The translations under genes and the position numbers were made by a program. From assembly GCF_963921235.1 (NCBI RefSeq), contig NC_086109.1, forward strand, positions 27,964,001-28,028,000: a stretch of DNA of 64,000 bases. Direction: 5' to 3'. How positions within the stretch are numbered: position 1 is the stretch's first letter; each line of letters begins with the position of its first letter. The stretch is from Mobula hypostoma. Its lineage: Eukaryota. Below the pieces are notes generated by a model. That model did not search any database and was not told the DNA's origin. It saw only the letters and a program-made list of their open reading frames with translations. This document shows positions 1 to 13,384 of the stretch, one piece after another.

Positions 1-914
1 TCCCGCGCTATGCCCCAGTCAGCTGGTCATTGCCACCATACCTGTCCTTCGTAGAAAAGTTCTTCCAGGACAACGCCTTTGACCACAGAGCCATCAGGCA
101 GTGGTCGGCACGTAATGCCTTGCAAGCACTGCAGGAGAAGGACGTGATGGATACAGTGGGGTGGTACCCCGAGCAGACCATCCAGTTCATCCGGCAAAAT
201 GCCTCATCGCCAGATCTCACCAACGTGCACCAGGACCTCGCCTGCCTGGCGGTGAGAGGGGCCCCCCCAGTCAGATCCCTCCTGTACGCCCGGGACATCG
301 TCTCCACACCCTGCTGCCCACGGGAGGACTGCAGTGAGGAGGAGTCTGTGACCCATCTCTTTGCACACTGTCAGTTCGCAGAGAGGGTGTGGAGGAGGAT
401 GGATGGGCTAGTGTCACGTTTCATCCCCAGCAGCTGCGTAACAGAGGACTCTCTGATCTACGGGCTGTTCCCGGGGACGCACACAGAAACCAACTTCCGC
501 TGCTGCTGGCAGACCATCAACTCGGTGAAAGACGCTCTTTGGTCGGCCCGAAACTTGATGATCTACCAGCACATGAAGATGTCCGTGGGAGAATGCTGCC
601 GACTGGCACATTCTCGGCTGCAGGAGTATGTGCTGAGGGACGCACTGAAACTCGGTGCAGCCACCGCAAGAGCCTGGGGGGAAGGACCACAGTATAGGTT
701 TCTCCACCCGTGGGAGTGGGCGGGGTCGGAGGGGCGGGGAGTATACCCCTCAACAATTATGTGGTAAGGTGAACAACTGGAGGGCCACGTGGGTGGCCAT
801 AAGTGTTGTTATGTACAGACTATAATGGAAACGTATGTAAAGGATGGAAAGTTACTGAATTGTTTATTGTATATAATTTTATTTTTGAATAAAGTATATT
901 TTGAAATAAAAAAA
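1..914 (+). mobile_element. 3' end of a Tx1/L1-type non-LTR retrotransposon (ORF2 C-terminal zinc finger, 3' UTR, poly-A)
   Basis: ORF 30-767 contains CPREDCSEEESVTHLFAHC (zf-RVT-like) and WSARN. Followed by AATAAA and an A-tail at about 905-914. Confidence 0.8.
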
Positions 915-1084
915 ACTAACAAATTACCCTTTAACTATTTTTGGTATAGTAACCAGTATTGAGTATCAGTTGAAAATATAAACCGAGATGAACATTAAAT
1001 ATAACTTTCCATTTATTTAAACTTTACTCTGGTAAGAAAATTCAAATAGGAGCTAATTTCGTTGCTCTTTACAACATTCCATTG

Positions 1085-1430
1085 GCAGGGTGGAGATACG
1101 TCTCTACCAAAGGTGATGTAAGGCGCTCCTTCCCTCAGTTGGCCTGCAGGTCACCCTTGGGCAAGGGGTAGCACCTGTTTAGCAACCCCTCCCTCCGATC
1201 AGGGTCACGTGACACCATGGGAGCAGGTGGTGGATGGTCACATGAGTATATCACAAGTCCTGGTTATGAGACCACTGACACCAGGCAGACAATCTCTGAA
1301 GTGTATTGTAAATACACTGCCCAGAAGAAGGCAATAGCAAACCATTTCTGTAGAAAAATTTGCAAGAACGATTGTGGTCACAAATATGATCGCCCACGTC
1401 ATACAAAGCACATAATTATGATGATGATTT
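1085..1430 (+). mobile_element. RTE-related non-autonomous retroposon/SINE, copy 1
   Basis: Contains the BovA/RTE-like motif GAAGGCAATAGCAAACCATTTC and an (ATG)n-like tail. Homologous to 3088-3465 in the opposite orientation. Confidence 0.6.
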
Positions 1431-3087
1431 ACAACACACAAGTGATATGCTGACATAAAGCATCATATACAACAAATGCAAAGGAAAGATTTAAATTTTA
1501 AAACTTTAGAACAGCCTAGTGAATAATAGGTGGGTATAATGGGAAAATTTGGAATTACATTCTCAAAACAAATATCTTATTTGAGAATACTGTAATTGAT
1601 ATTACAAATAAAATGGATAATTAAATGACCTGCAGTCTTTCAAAAATAATCAATAAGCTCCTGACATTAAATGGTATTTCATATAGGTAATTTGTAACTT
1701 TGGTACAGATCTTTTTTAATAGATATGAAAGCAGATATTTAAAAAAAAAGTAAAAACTCAAATCCAAATCTCTTTGAAAACGTGACAGAACATTAACAAC
1801 TCCATATAATACAATAAGATACTGCTCAAAATTCATTGAAAATATAAGAGGTTTAAAACAAAAGTAGTGATAAAGCTTTATTGTCAATAGACAAACATTT
1901 TGCATGAAATGAATAAAAGATTGTTATTAAAGCTCTTTGGAGATTAGAATTTTCCTATTTTCCTCTCACCCTAACTCATTTCTATTGGTTAACACAATAG
2001 AGACAGCTGGATCAGGATACACCCAAGAGCCTGTGTGAGTTATATTTGGATTGACATTTAAGTATGCAACAATGAAAAGCAGATTTATTGTTATTACCTA
2101 CCTCAATGTTTTACCTTAGTATTCTGACTTCACATAAATAGATGAAATCAATTCGGCCAAAAAGTAACACCTCAAAGGGCATAACCCTTGAATACACACC
2201 AAAGATTATTTTGCTTTATTATAAAACAATACAATGTGGTATAATTAGAATAGCTTGTTTAATGCATTGAGTTTCCCTTATCAAATGTTTGTATAAGGGC
2301 CATTATAACATAAGAAATATTTTTAAAAATTGGAACACAAATAATCATTCTTTCTTTCATTGATTAATCATATGAACTCCTCCAACAAAGACAGTAAAAA
2401 AAGTGTAAAAGTTAAGTACAAAGTGATGTCTAACTATCAATCAACCCCAGACCCATTACACCCCTGCATGATGGATTTTGATCTCCCCAATCTCTATTTA
2501 TTTCTGGTTAATCTCCCTATATGCTGCCTATCTTACTATCTATTTCCAGCACTTACTCTTTTTCTTTTAGATATTCAATGTGTGCATCTTTAAAGTTTTC
2601 TGTCTACTTCATTGAATACAAAATAGAAATAGAGGTATAAAAATATTAATACGGTCCTACTGTTCAAATTACTGGGAGCTCTCAAATGCTGACTTACCAA
2701 GGTCTTCACATACTTTTAGTCTCACTGAACATGATATTAAAGCTGTTTTCTCTGCACCTTGTAAGATTCCTGGTCAAATCAATAATACATTTAAACTGGT
2801 TTTCTACATGTCCAATGACTGATGCACTATAAACTGTCCACTGTGTGCAATTGGCAAATGCACGTCCAGCAGCTGATTCTGGAACTTCAGGTCCTTAGCA
2901 TGCTCTAATAATATGGACGTCAAGCCAGGATCCTGCAAAGCACTGACCTGTGCAGAACTTGCATTAAAAATGCATCAAAGTCAGATTATGCATTTTAGAA
3001 TCTGTGCTTAATTCGGAGAAACAGCTTGACAAATGATACTGAAGCTGGCTCTTAGACATGAGAATCTAACGACTACTGTGATAATAT

Positions 3088-3465
3088 ATCATCATCATGT
3101 GCTGTGTCCTATGATGTAGGTGATCATGGTCTCACGACCATGATTGTTCTTGGCAAGTTTTTCTTCGGAAGTGGTTTGCCATTGCCTTCATCTGGGCAGT
3201 GTCTTTACAAGATGGGTGACCTCAGCCATTATCAATACTCTTCAGAGATTGTTTGCCTGGCATCAGTGGTCGCATAACCAGAACTTGGGATAAGCACTGG
3301 CTACTCTTCTGACCATTCACCTCCTGCTCCTGTGGCTTCACATGACTCTGATGAGGAGACTAAACAGGTGCTCCAACTTACCCAGGGGAGACTTGCACGT
3401 TAGCAGAGTGAAGGAGCACCTTACACCTCCTTTGGTAGAGACGAATCTCCACCTCACCACCCAAA
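3088..3465 (-). mobile_element. RTE-related non-autonomous retroposon/SINE, copy 2
   Basis: Reverse complement of the 1085-1430 family (GAAGTGGTTTGCCATTGCCTTC; TTTGGTAGAGACGAATCTCCACC). Confidence 0.6.
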
Positions 3466-3771
3466 TGATAATATAAAAACAGCCAAAAATTGTTCTTCTA
3501 ATTACCTGAGCAAGGGGGGCAATTAAATTTTCATTTTGTAAACACAGCCTTTTTATTCATTTGAACCTCTTTAGGAAGAGAAAGCAAGGATCGTCACGCA
3601 CTCCAACAGCTGTAGTTATGCTGCAAAGTGTAATTCTGCCTTGCTATCTAATCACAGTGTAGTATGCAGTTTTTTTTCAACAAACTGCCTACTCTCCACA
3701 GCTGAAAAGCTGTGTATGAAGCAGCATAATTGGCCATTAACAATACAAAAGCATGGATTCACTAATACTTA

Positions 3772-5217
3772 CAGTGGCTTGCAAAAGTTTGGGCACCCTG
3801 GTCAAAATTTCTGTTACTGTGAATAGCTAAGCAAGTAAAAGATGAACTGATTTCCAAAAGGCATAAAATTAAAGATAACACATTTCTTTAATATTTTAAG
3901 CAAGAAAACTTTTTATTTCCATCTTTTACAGTATCAAAATAACAAAAAGGGAAAAAGGCCCGAAGCAAAAGTTTGGCCACCCTACATGGTCAGTACTTAG
4001 TAACACCCTCTTTGGCAAGTATCACAGCTTGTATACACTTTTTGTAGCCAGCTAAGAGTCCTTCAATTCTTGTTTGGGGGATTTTCGCCTATTCTTCCTT
4101 GCAAAAGGCTTCTAGTTCTGTGAGATTCCTGGGCCGTCTTGCATGCACTGCTCTTCTGAGGTCTATCCACAGATTCTTGATGATGGAGGACCATGGCAAA
4201 ATCTTCAGCTCGCGCCTCTTGAGGTAGTCCATTGTGGATTTTGAGGTGTGTTTAGGATCATTATCCTGTTGTAGAAGTCATACTCTTTTCATCTTTGGCT
4301 TTTTTACAGATGGTGTGGTGTTTGCTTCCAGAATTGGACAGGGGTTCTTTTCATGAAATTCTGCACCCTTTTTTCTCCAAACATACCTTTGCTCATTGCG
4401 GCCAGAAAGTTCTATTTTAACTTCATCAGTCCGTAGGACTGGTTTCCAAAATGCATCAGGCTTGTTTAGATGTTCCTTTGAATCTTTTGAATGGAACTTT
4501 TTGGCTGCAATGAGCAAAGGTATGTTTGGAGAAAAAAGGGTGCAGAATTTCATGAAAAGAACCCCTCTCCAACTGTTAGGCACGGGGAACATTTACTGGT
4601 AGAGGGAAGAATGAATTCAATTAAATACCAGCAAATTCTGGAAGCAAACATCACAGGGTCTGTAAAAAAGCTGAAGATGAAAAGAGGATGGCTTCTACAA
4701 CAGGATAATAATCCTAAACACACCTCAAAATCCACAATGGACTACCTCTGGAGGCGCAAGCTGAAGGTTTTGCCATGGCCCTCACAGTCCCCTGACTTCA
4801 ACATCATCACGAATCTGTGGATAGACCTCAGAAGAGCAGTGCATGCAAGACAGCCCAAGAATCTCACAGAACTAGAAGCCTTTTGCAAGGAAGAATGGGC
4901 GAAAATCCCCCAAACAAGAATTGAAAGACTCTTAGCTGGCTACAAAAAGCGTTTACAAGCTGTGATACTTGCCAAAGGGGGTGTTACTAAGTACTGACCA
5001 TGCAGGGTGCCCAAACTTTTGCTTTGGGCCCTTTTCCTTTTTTGTTATTTTGAAACTGTAAAAGATGGAAATAAAAGAAGTTTACTTGCTTAAAATATTA
5101 AAGAAATGTGTCATATTTAACTTCATGCCTTTTGGAAATCAGTTCATCTTTTACTCGCTTAGCTATTCACAGTAACAGAAATTTTGATCGGGGTGCCCAA
5201 ACTTTTGCATACCACTG
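3772..5217. mobile_element. Tc1/mariner fold-back derivative (two 3' halves in inverted orientation)
   Basis: TA|CAGTGGCTTGCAAAAGTTTGGGCACCC ... GGGTGCCCAAACTTTTGCATACCACTG|TA. Transposase C-terminus QQDNNPKH...WPSQSPDFNII on + (4491-4997). The same region is present on - in the left arm. Confidence 0.9.
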
Positions 5218-5669
5218 TATTTGCCTTGTAAAAACATCAGATAAACTCATTGAAAATGATCATTTAGAAATAATTCAATGACTTTTATGAAAGCATTGAA
5301 AATCTTTTGCTAGGACTTGTTTGGAATTGAGTAACCTTTTATTTCAATATCCATGGAATCTCAAATTTGATTATTTTAGGAATGTATTTTTGTAACTTAA
5401 GTTCATCTGATGCCATCTCCTTAAATCTGCCAGAAGTTGCCCATGGTGCTTCTACCCATTGCTTCTTGCACTTAGCCAAAATTCTATCAGCTGTGCTTCC
5501 TCTTTTATTCCAAGGGCATCAGTCTTCAAGTTGTGAAGTAGCACTGTATCAAACAGTTACTGGATGATTCTAAAATCCAAATTCAGTGGTTTGGAATGGT
5601 CTTACTGCACTGACAAGCTCGCATGGGGATCTTTCAGACTTCAGAACAGAGTGGTGACAGGGGCCATGC

Positions 5670-5990
5670 TATTTGCCGAATATTGAAAGGACTAAATAGA
5701 GTGGAAGAAGAGAGAAGATTTCCTATAGTGGAGGGGGCACAGCCTCAGAATACAAGGACGTCCCTTTAGAATAGAGATGAAGAGGAATTTACTTAACCAG
5801 AGGGTGATGAACCTGTGAAGTTATTGGGTATATTTAAAAACAGAGATGGATAGGTTCTTGATTAGTAAGGGTGTCAAAGGTCAAGGGAAAAAGCAGGAGA
5901 GTGGGATTGAGAAGGATGATATCTGCCATGATAAAATAGCAGAGCAGACTTGATGGACTGAATGACCTAATTTTGCTCCTATGTCTTATC
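5670..5990 (+). mobile_element. CR1 LINE 3' fragment
   Basis: Typical CR1 3' end (TTTAGAATAGAGATGAAGAGGAATTT...GCTCCTATGTCTTAT), degenerate. Confidence 0.65.
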
Positions 5991-6599
5991 ATCTTTACTT
6001 AATTCTAAGCTATACACTCAAGTTGCAAAGGATTATCAAATTTCATAAATTGAGTTAGTGAATAGTTTCTTGGAAGGTTACACATGATTAGTTTTGGAAT
6101 ATAGTTAAACTTTTTACTACAAAGCACAAGTTCAAAGCCTTTACTAGGATCAGAGTTGCAGGCATAAGACAAGTATTGTGGACATTTTAAACTTCCTTGG
6201 CTGACACTTTATATTATGGGAGGAGCTCTTCTGGAGTACAAACACTGGAACCCACTGTATTTCTACTATAAGGACCTTGAGCACAATACACCACAAAGTT
6301 TGGAGCAAAAATGTATTTTCTTTTAAACCCACCCAATGACATTTGACATGGCAATAGAAGCCAGGTTGTGCATATAAATGGATGTAGAATTTTAACACTC
6401 CAAGAAAACTACTGAAAAACTAACCAATCTTTTCATGGAATTTGACAAACCTCTATGATATAGATGCACAGTTCATTTTAAAATTAAGTAAAACTCCCAG
6501 CCCTCAGCTTGCAACAATTGCATCATTAGCACTACTTAGACCAGAGAGACCATTCCAGGTCATTGAACTGTGTGGCTTTCAATGATCCAGAGACCAAGT

Positions 6600-7900
6600 C
6601 TGATAAAGTACAGTATAACTGGGTTGTCATCGGAATAAAGAGGTAATAGCAACAATGAAAGGCAAATTGGCTAACTGACAGGAAATAGTGAATAGGAGCA
6701 AGAGGTTGTTTCAGCGACTAAATGAAAGCATGCAGTGGTGTTCCTCGTAGGTCAGCACCAGAACAATTGCTTTTCATAATAAGATTAGTCACTAAGACAC
6801 AGATATGTGGGATCATTTCCAAATTTGCAGATAACCTAAAACTTGCAAGTGTAGTGAACTGGAAGAAGGATTGGGATCATCTTCAAGATAATATACTGTA
6901 TATAGTATTAAGTTTGATTTAATGGATGGGCACATGACAAATGAAATTTAATGCCGAAGATGCCAAGTGTTAAGTTTCAATAGGAAGAATGAGTAAATGC
7001 CTTACAAACTCAAGGACACAAATACAAAGAGAGCACAAGAATGGCAAAATCTGGTGGATATATGCATAGGACATTGAAAACAGCAGGAGAGATTGAGAAA
7101 GTGGTTGCAAAGACTGCAGGATCATGACTTATGAACACAAGTGGAGAGTATGAATGCAATGGCATTGTAACAGTCATTTATAAAATACTGATTTTGCCAG
7201 AGCCAGAGAATTGTGTGCAACTCCTTTGCTTGCATCTTCGGAAACAGCTCTATTTTCATCTTTAATATCTCTATTTTTTCCTTTCTTTTGAAGACCCTGA
7301 CCTGGAGTTACATGCTGACTACAGTTCTTTGTGGGAATGGAACCTGCTCTTGGGGTTTCACAACTGGCTGTTATTTGTCATACCAAGGGCTTGACCTAAG
7401 AGTTCAGCTCAGCTTTGGAGGCCTAGGATCTTGGGGCTCTGGAGACGGGCAGATCGGAGGTTGATGTCCCAGACCGGTGTGTCGTGGGAGCTGAGACCTC
7501 AGACCTTTGGGCACAGAGCTCGAGAAAAGCGATGCAATGGACTTTTAACATCGTAAACAAATGAGCTGTTCATTATGTCTCCCTTCTTGCTGTGAAACAG
7601 AGACACCTCTTTCTCACTTATTAGGGAGAGAAGAGAGAGAGCCTGTGGTATGTCGAATGTCAGGTGAACAACGTAATCTTTGGAGTACTGCAAGTCTGTG
7701 TCTTTACTGTTGCTTTTGCTGCATGCTTGAGTGCTCGGAGACAGGAAACCTTTGAATGATTCTCAGGATGAGGGACTTAGTTTACACAGAAATTTACACT
7801 GGGATTGTTCATCATCATACAGAGAAGGGTGAGAGAAGATCATACAGAGGTAATTAAAGTCATGAAGCATCTAGACAGTGTGTAACGGTCAAGAACTGGA
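6600..7900 (+). mobile_element. Degenerate CR1 RT fragment interrupted by an unrelated repeat (about 7250-7740)
   Basis: SGVPRRS...ISKFADNLKLASVVN RT-like remnant in ORF 6722-6922. Confidence 0.55.
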
Positions 7901-9249
7901 GACAATTAGTAAGCATCCTGATAGAAACATCTCAAGGGTGATAGAGGTGCACATTAGTTGAAGAGCTCTAACTTATTCAACGTTCATTTCTACAGCTGGA
8001 TGAATAATAGAAAATTGCTTTTGTGAGGAGAGTGAAAAAAAAATCAACAAATGATTCAAACCACCTCCTCAAAGTTCAACATTTATACTTGGTTACTGGC
8101 TGCTTGGGAGGACTTTGTTGTGGCATTCTAGGATACGTTACTGGTGGGAGATTTCATGATGACAAGGTGGATGTGAGGGACCATGTCTCTTATTTGGCTG
8201 TTGCAGTATTTACAAATGTACCATTTATGCATTTAGGTGGAAATTCCTCTTCCCGTGCAAAGAAGATTCATCAGTTATCAAGCAAATACTTTACTCTTGC
8301 ACTTAAACCTGCATTTACTACAGTTGTTCTTGGTTAAGAGGTTCAATTTTAGTTAGCTAAACTTGCATAAACCTGTAGAATTGACACACAATCTGGTTAG
8401 GCAATAACTAGAATATGCTTCCAAATCTGCCCATCTCACTTTAAGTGAGTAGGTGGCAGAAGAGGAAACTTTACAGAAATTACTTGATGTGGGACAGAGA
8501 GAATGGGTACAAATCATACAAAATCTCCAGAACGTCACGTAAACCTGTAAATATTTGCAAGTTCACTCTTTACAATAACTTTCCAAATGAGAACATAGCT
8601 TATTTGTATTCAAAAAGTTAGGTTATCAAAGAAACTAAAAGAAAACTAGTGTTCTTTGGTTGAAAGTAAATAATGAACATTTTAAGATCCTTAATGTTGT
8701 TCACTAATTGACTCTTATTCAGTTTTCAGGACTGATGAAATCAAGCAAATTATGGAAACAAACACAAAACTCAGAATGCTCTGTATTTAAAAGAGGAAAA
8801 CCAATATTGGTGTGATGCTAGGGAACAATTAACAGAACACAGTCTCTTAAAAAGCTTGAATATCTGTGTTTTCATATTCATGATTAAAAGCATCAGGATC
8901 TGGTTAAACCTGGTGAAAATAAAACAAGTTTCACTCTGTAACCTTCAGAAATTATTTAGACTGTCAACCTGATCAACCTCATAAAATAATGTGCGCTCCT
9001 CTGGTTTAAGGACAGGATAATAAAAGCTGAGAAGCAACAAAGCTTGTTTTACAACTGTTTGCGCAAGATTACTATTGGATTTGTCTCAATATGAAGCAAA
9101 AAGGGCAAAGGATTAATTACATTATGGTGTATTCCATTTGTCTGGAGTTAATTTTTTATGGAAATGATTCTAATCTCAATTGGAAGTCCTTGAAATATCA
9201 AAATTATATAGTAGAGGAAGAGAATTAGTTAGTTCCGTTTATTCCTTAC

Positions 9250-9417
9250 CAGACCACAGTTGATCGAAATGCCTTCCTTTGCCCTCTCCCCTGTTGCTCC
9301 AGTTCGCTTCAGCCTTTCTGAACCAGCAAGGTCAACAAAGTGGAATTTGGCTGAGAGTGTTTCATACTCATTTACTGGCTGTGATTCATGGGCCACTCCA
9401 TTTATCTCTCCATTCAC
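9250..9417 (-). CDS. KIF21B: KIF21-type kinesin, exon 6 equivalent (168 bp), switch II
   Basis: [56 protein letters not shown]. Acceptor TTTAG|GTG, donor CTG|GTAAGG. Confidence 0.94.
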
Positions 9418-9594
9418 CTAAAGGGCAAACATGGCAAAGCAATACAACCTCAGGTCGTTCAAGTGAAGTCATATGAAATGAATGAGCTTTACTTATCCTG
9501 AGATGCTCTGTGTACAATGATCACTTTTGAATTACTTTTGTTTCTGTCAAAAACCAACAAGCTAACCCAAAAATAAGCTCCACAACAGTAAAAG

Positions 9595-11330
9595 AAGTTG
9601 GAGACACAAGGGACTGCAGATACTGGAAGTTGGAGCAAAATTCAAACTGTTGGATGAACCCAACAGGTCGGACATCATTTCGATAGTAAAACTGATAGTA
9701 TTAAGTATCAAGACCCTCAAACTGGATTGAAACAGTAGACGGAAGACAGTCAGCATAAAAGGTGAGGAGAAATGTTGGGAGCATGAGCTGCCAGTCAATA
9801 TCTGGATCCAGGTGAGGAGCAGTTGATTGGCAGATGGAACCACGAGGGAAAGGAAAGGGGGGGAAATGGCAATAGAGGAGGAAAGATAATTCATGGAAGC
9901 AACAAGGGGCTGCAGATTATGGAATCTGGTAAGAAGGGAAGGGCGGGAGGTACAGTGGGTAGGTGGGAACAACGGGGGAGGAGACGCAGTGGGAGGATGT
10001 GGTGGAGGGTGGGATTTGGGTGGTGTTATTTTGGAAAGAAGGGTGTGCACAAGAGTGTCTTGGTAAATCAGAAGGAAGGGCCAGAAAAGGATCAGGTTAC
10101 CTGAAGTTAGGCAATTACATGTTCATGCTGTCAGTTTGTAGACTACCTAGGAAGATATGAGATGCTTTTCTCCTAGTTTACATTTGGCCTTATTCTAGCA
10201 GTGGAGGAGGCTGAGGACAGGAGATTGCTGTGGAAATCAAATTTGATCGCTGGCAGGTAGTAAGAGTGGGCTCCCTTACCTCTGCCCCTCTGATCTCAAT
10301 GCAGGAGCCTGCCAGGGCTGTGTCCTAAGCCCTCTCCTTTACACTCTGTATATCCATGACAGCATCGCCAACCACAGCTCCAATCTGCTAAATAAATTTG
10401 CTGATGATACTACATTGATTGGGTTTATCTCAAATAACAACGAGGCAGCCTAGAGAGAGGAAGTCATCACCCTGACATAGTGGTGTCAAGAGAACAACCT
10501 CTCCCTCAATGTCACAAAAACAAAGGAACTGGTTATGGACTACAAGAGGAATGGAAACAGGCTAACCCCTATTGACATCAATGGATCTGGGGATCAGAGG
10601 GTGAACAGCTTTAAGTTCCTCGGCATAAATATCACCGAAGTTCTCACATGGTCTGTACATAACAGCTGTGTGGTGAAAAAAGCACAACAGTGCCTCTTTC
10701 ATTTCAGGCTGCTGAAGAAGTTTGGCATGAGTCCCCAAACCCTAAGGACTTTCTACAGGGGCACAATTGAGAGCATCCTGACTGGCAACATCACTGCTTG
10801 GTATGGGAACTGTAATTCCCTCAATGACAGGACTCTGCAGTGAGTGGTGCGGACAGCCCAGTGAGTCCGTAGATGTGAACTTCCCACTATCCATGACATT
10901 TACAGAAACAGATGCATAAAAAGGGCCTGAAGGATCACTGGGGACACAAGTTACCCCAACCACAAACTGTTCCAGCTGCAACCATCCAGGAAACGGTACC
11001 GCAGCATAAAGGCCAGGACCAACAGGCTCCGGGACAGCTTCTTCCACCAGAACATAAAACTGATTAATTCACACTGATACAGTTGTATTTCTATGCTATA
11101 TTGACTGTCCTGGTGTACATACTATTTATTACAAATTACTCTAAGTTATACATTGCAGTTAGACAGAGACTTAATATAAAGATTTTTACTCCTCGTATGT
11201 GAAGGATGTAAGAAATAAAGTCAATTTAATTCAAATGGGAATGGGAATTAAAACAGAGCTCTGCATGGCACAGCACACAGAGCACAAGCAATCCTATAGT
11301 CTGCACTCAGTCTTGTTGAAGAGCGATGTG
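9595..11330 (-). mobile_element. Old Penelope-like fragment interrupted by a Rex1/Babar LINE
   Basis: ACACAAGGGACTGCAGATACTGGA end, purine-rich tract, and GIY-YIG C-terminal remnant. The sequence resumes with ATGGGAATGGGAATTAAA after 11236. Confidence 0.55.
10243..11236 (+). mobile_element. Rex1/Babar-type LINE, 5'-truncated
   Basis: KFADDTTLIGFI, VNSFKFLGINITEVLTWSVH...KKAQQCLFHFRLLKKF, FYRGTIESILTG, AATAAAGTCAATT tail. TCAAAT is repeated at both junctions. Confidence 0.8.
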
Positions 11331-11744
11331 GTAATATGGTAATTGGCACTGTAACTAACATTCACAGCCCTGGATTTTGTTTATTTAGAGGCGCAAGCTT
11401 GAAACACACTCTCACGATGGGGGGAATTAGTTGATAATGGTAATCATGAAACTACTGGACTGTTGTAAAAATCCAACTGGTTTACTTGTGTCTTTCAGTG
11501 AAAGAAATGTGTCGCGTTTATAAAGTCTGGCCTTCAGGTAGCCTTAATCCCAACCCTATCACCACCAGTATGATAAAAATTAATGAACTTGCGTTATCGA
11601 CTCTCAGTAGAAACACAACTTTCAACTCCTGTCATTCAAAAGAAGATAAGAACAATCATCATATTTCATAGGAATGCAAATAAATTCCCTTCCACTTTAA
11701 AATCAGAAACGCTATTCAGCATTAACCCCATTCGAGGAACATAC

Positions 11745-11879
11745 CATATCTTGTCTTGAGCAGACCCTCATTTGACAGACATGGACTGTAAAAATAGCAT
11801 GGGAACGGGAACTCTCGGCATTCATCTGTGTGCTTGCAGTGGTGCGAGCGAGAGCTCCCAGCTTCAAGCACTGTATCAA
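11745..11879 (-). CDS. KIF21B: KIF21-type kinesin, exon 5 equivalent (135 bp), switch I
   Basis: Translated by hand (not in the ORF-track frame): [45 protein letters not shown]. Acceptor TTTTGCAG|TTG, donor ATG|GTATGT. Confidence 0.93.
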
Positions 11880-12489
11880 CTGCAAAACAAAGAGTAATTA
11901 TCCTATCATCTGCCCTCTGCTGATTTAAATTAAGCTCACAAACCTCATCAATGCCACTGGATATTCCCAAATGTAGCTGCCTAAATCATGGAGGAGATAA
12001 AGTGTCATTAGTAACTCCCTGTAGTTCAAAACATATATCATATTCATTATAAAAGACAAACTCTCAACCATATACAGTATATTAAAGGAAGATCCAATAC
12101 TTTAGCAAATTCTGCAAAATCTAAGTTAATTGGTAGTTATTTGTGTCATTGGATGTCATGTAATTCTGGTTCCAGGTTCTAAGAACACAAAGAATAAGGG
12201 ACAAGGTATTCATCATCTTAATACCTTACAGCTTGTTTGGATTCACATACATCAGCTGAAGTCGCTTTATTCCAATGAACAGTTCCACCACTGATGGATG
12301 CTTAAGCATCATCTCCATAAAACAGCCACAAATTAAATTCAAATATTTTGAGATAATTAGTCAATAGGTTCCATCAAAGCTGAAATGGCAGGAAAAATTG
12401 AATCCAAAAGAAACAAAATAAATAGAAAGAAAATATCTTCAACATTTTTTAAAGCTTACAAATAAAAAGATATGTATACATATATTACC

Positions 12490-12683
12490 TCTCTGCACTT
12501 TGTTTGGTGCATTGGGCGGCAACCTCAACGTTTCTTTAGCACTTGTCTGTTTTATGAGGTCAAGTTGCTCGCTCAGTGCTGAACCCAGCACGGATGGAGA
12601 GTGTGCAAGAAGCTGGTTGGATTCCAACCTGAGACTACTCGTCCTGAGGTCCGGTGCAGATGCCACTACACCACCAGTCGGCT
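12490..12683 (-). mobile_element. tRNA-derived SINE
   Basis: Minus strand begins GCCGACTGGTGGTGTAGTGG (A-box-like) ... AGGTTGGAATCC (B-box-like). Confidence 0.55.
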
Positions 12684-12699
12684 TTTACAAGCATATACC

Positions 12700-12910
12700 A
12701 TTTATTTTATTTTATTGAGGTAGAGTGCATAATAAACCCTTCCAGCGCTTTGAGCCGCACTGTCCAACAATCCTCCAATTTAATCCTAGCCTAATCGAAG
12801 GACAATTTACAATGACCAATTAACCTCCCTCCCAACCAGTACACCTTTGGACTGAGGGAAGAAATCCACGCAGTCACTGGGAGGATGTACAAACTCATTA
12901 TAGGCAGCTG
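12700..12910 (-). mobile_element. V-SINE (HE1-like) fragment
   Basis: Same family as 36830-37095, 47070-47295 and 61130-61365 (GAGTTTGTACATCCTCCC...GCGTGG core). Confidence 0.55.
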
Positions 12911-13384
12911 TGGGTATATTTTTAAAATTAGAAATCAATATAGGTTTGCAGAAACTTGAAATAAATTAATGGCTGAAATAGTCATTACAGATTTCTCTAA
13001 TGACCAGGTAACAGAAGCATAGTTGAAAACTGCAGGGCCACAGATGGGAAGGTACCCCCTTTGTTTCTTTGTTAGCTAGCTAAAGGGATGCAATAGAGTG
13101 GCTTTCTGTGCTAGAGTTATTGTGAACATCTGGAGGGGCAAATGTTTCAGTCATCCCTAGTCCTTCCACAGCATCTACCCTTCTGCAGGCTGCATTTACA
13201 ACCATTTCAACCATAATGCTTCTTGTGGCCAAACAGCCTTGCAAAGTGTAATCAAGAATGAACACAGGCAAGTTTTTGGAGGGTTTCTGCCACCAGTGAA
13301 ACCAAACGCGAGCAAGGCTCAACACTTTTGGGCAAGGGGGGTAAGCACACTTGAAAAGAGCTAAACTTTTTAATTGAATTTAGC

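Noticed and set aside
4491..4997. Tc1 transposase as a functional gene
   Set aside because: C-terminal fragment only, with an internal deletion. It lacks the DNA-binding domain and a complete DDE triad (SPDFNIITN instead of SPDLNPIEN).
12640..12683. tRNA gene
   Set aside because: Only A/B-box-like motifs continuing into a SINE body. No full cloverleaf.
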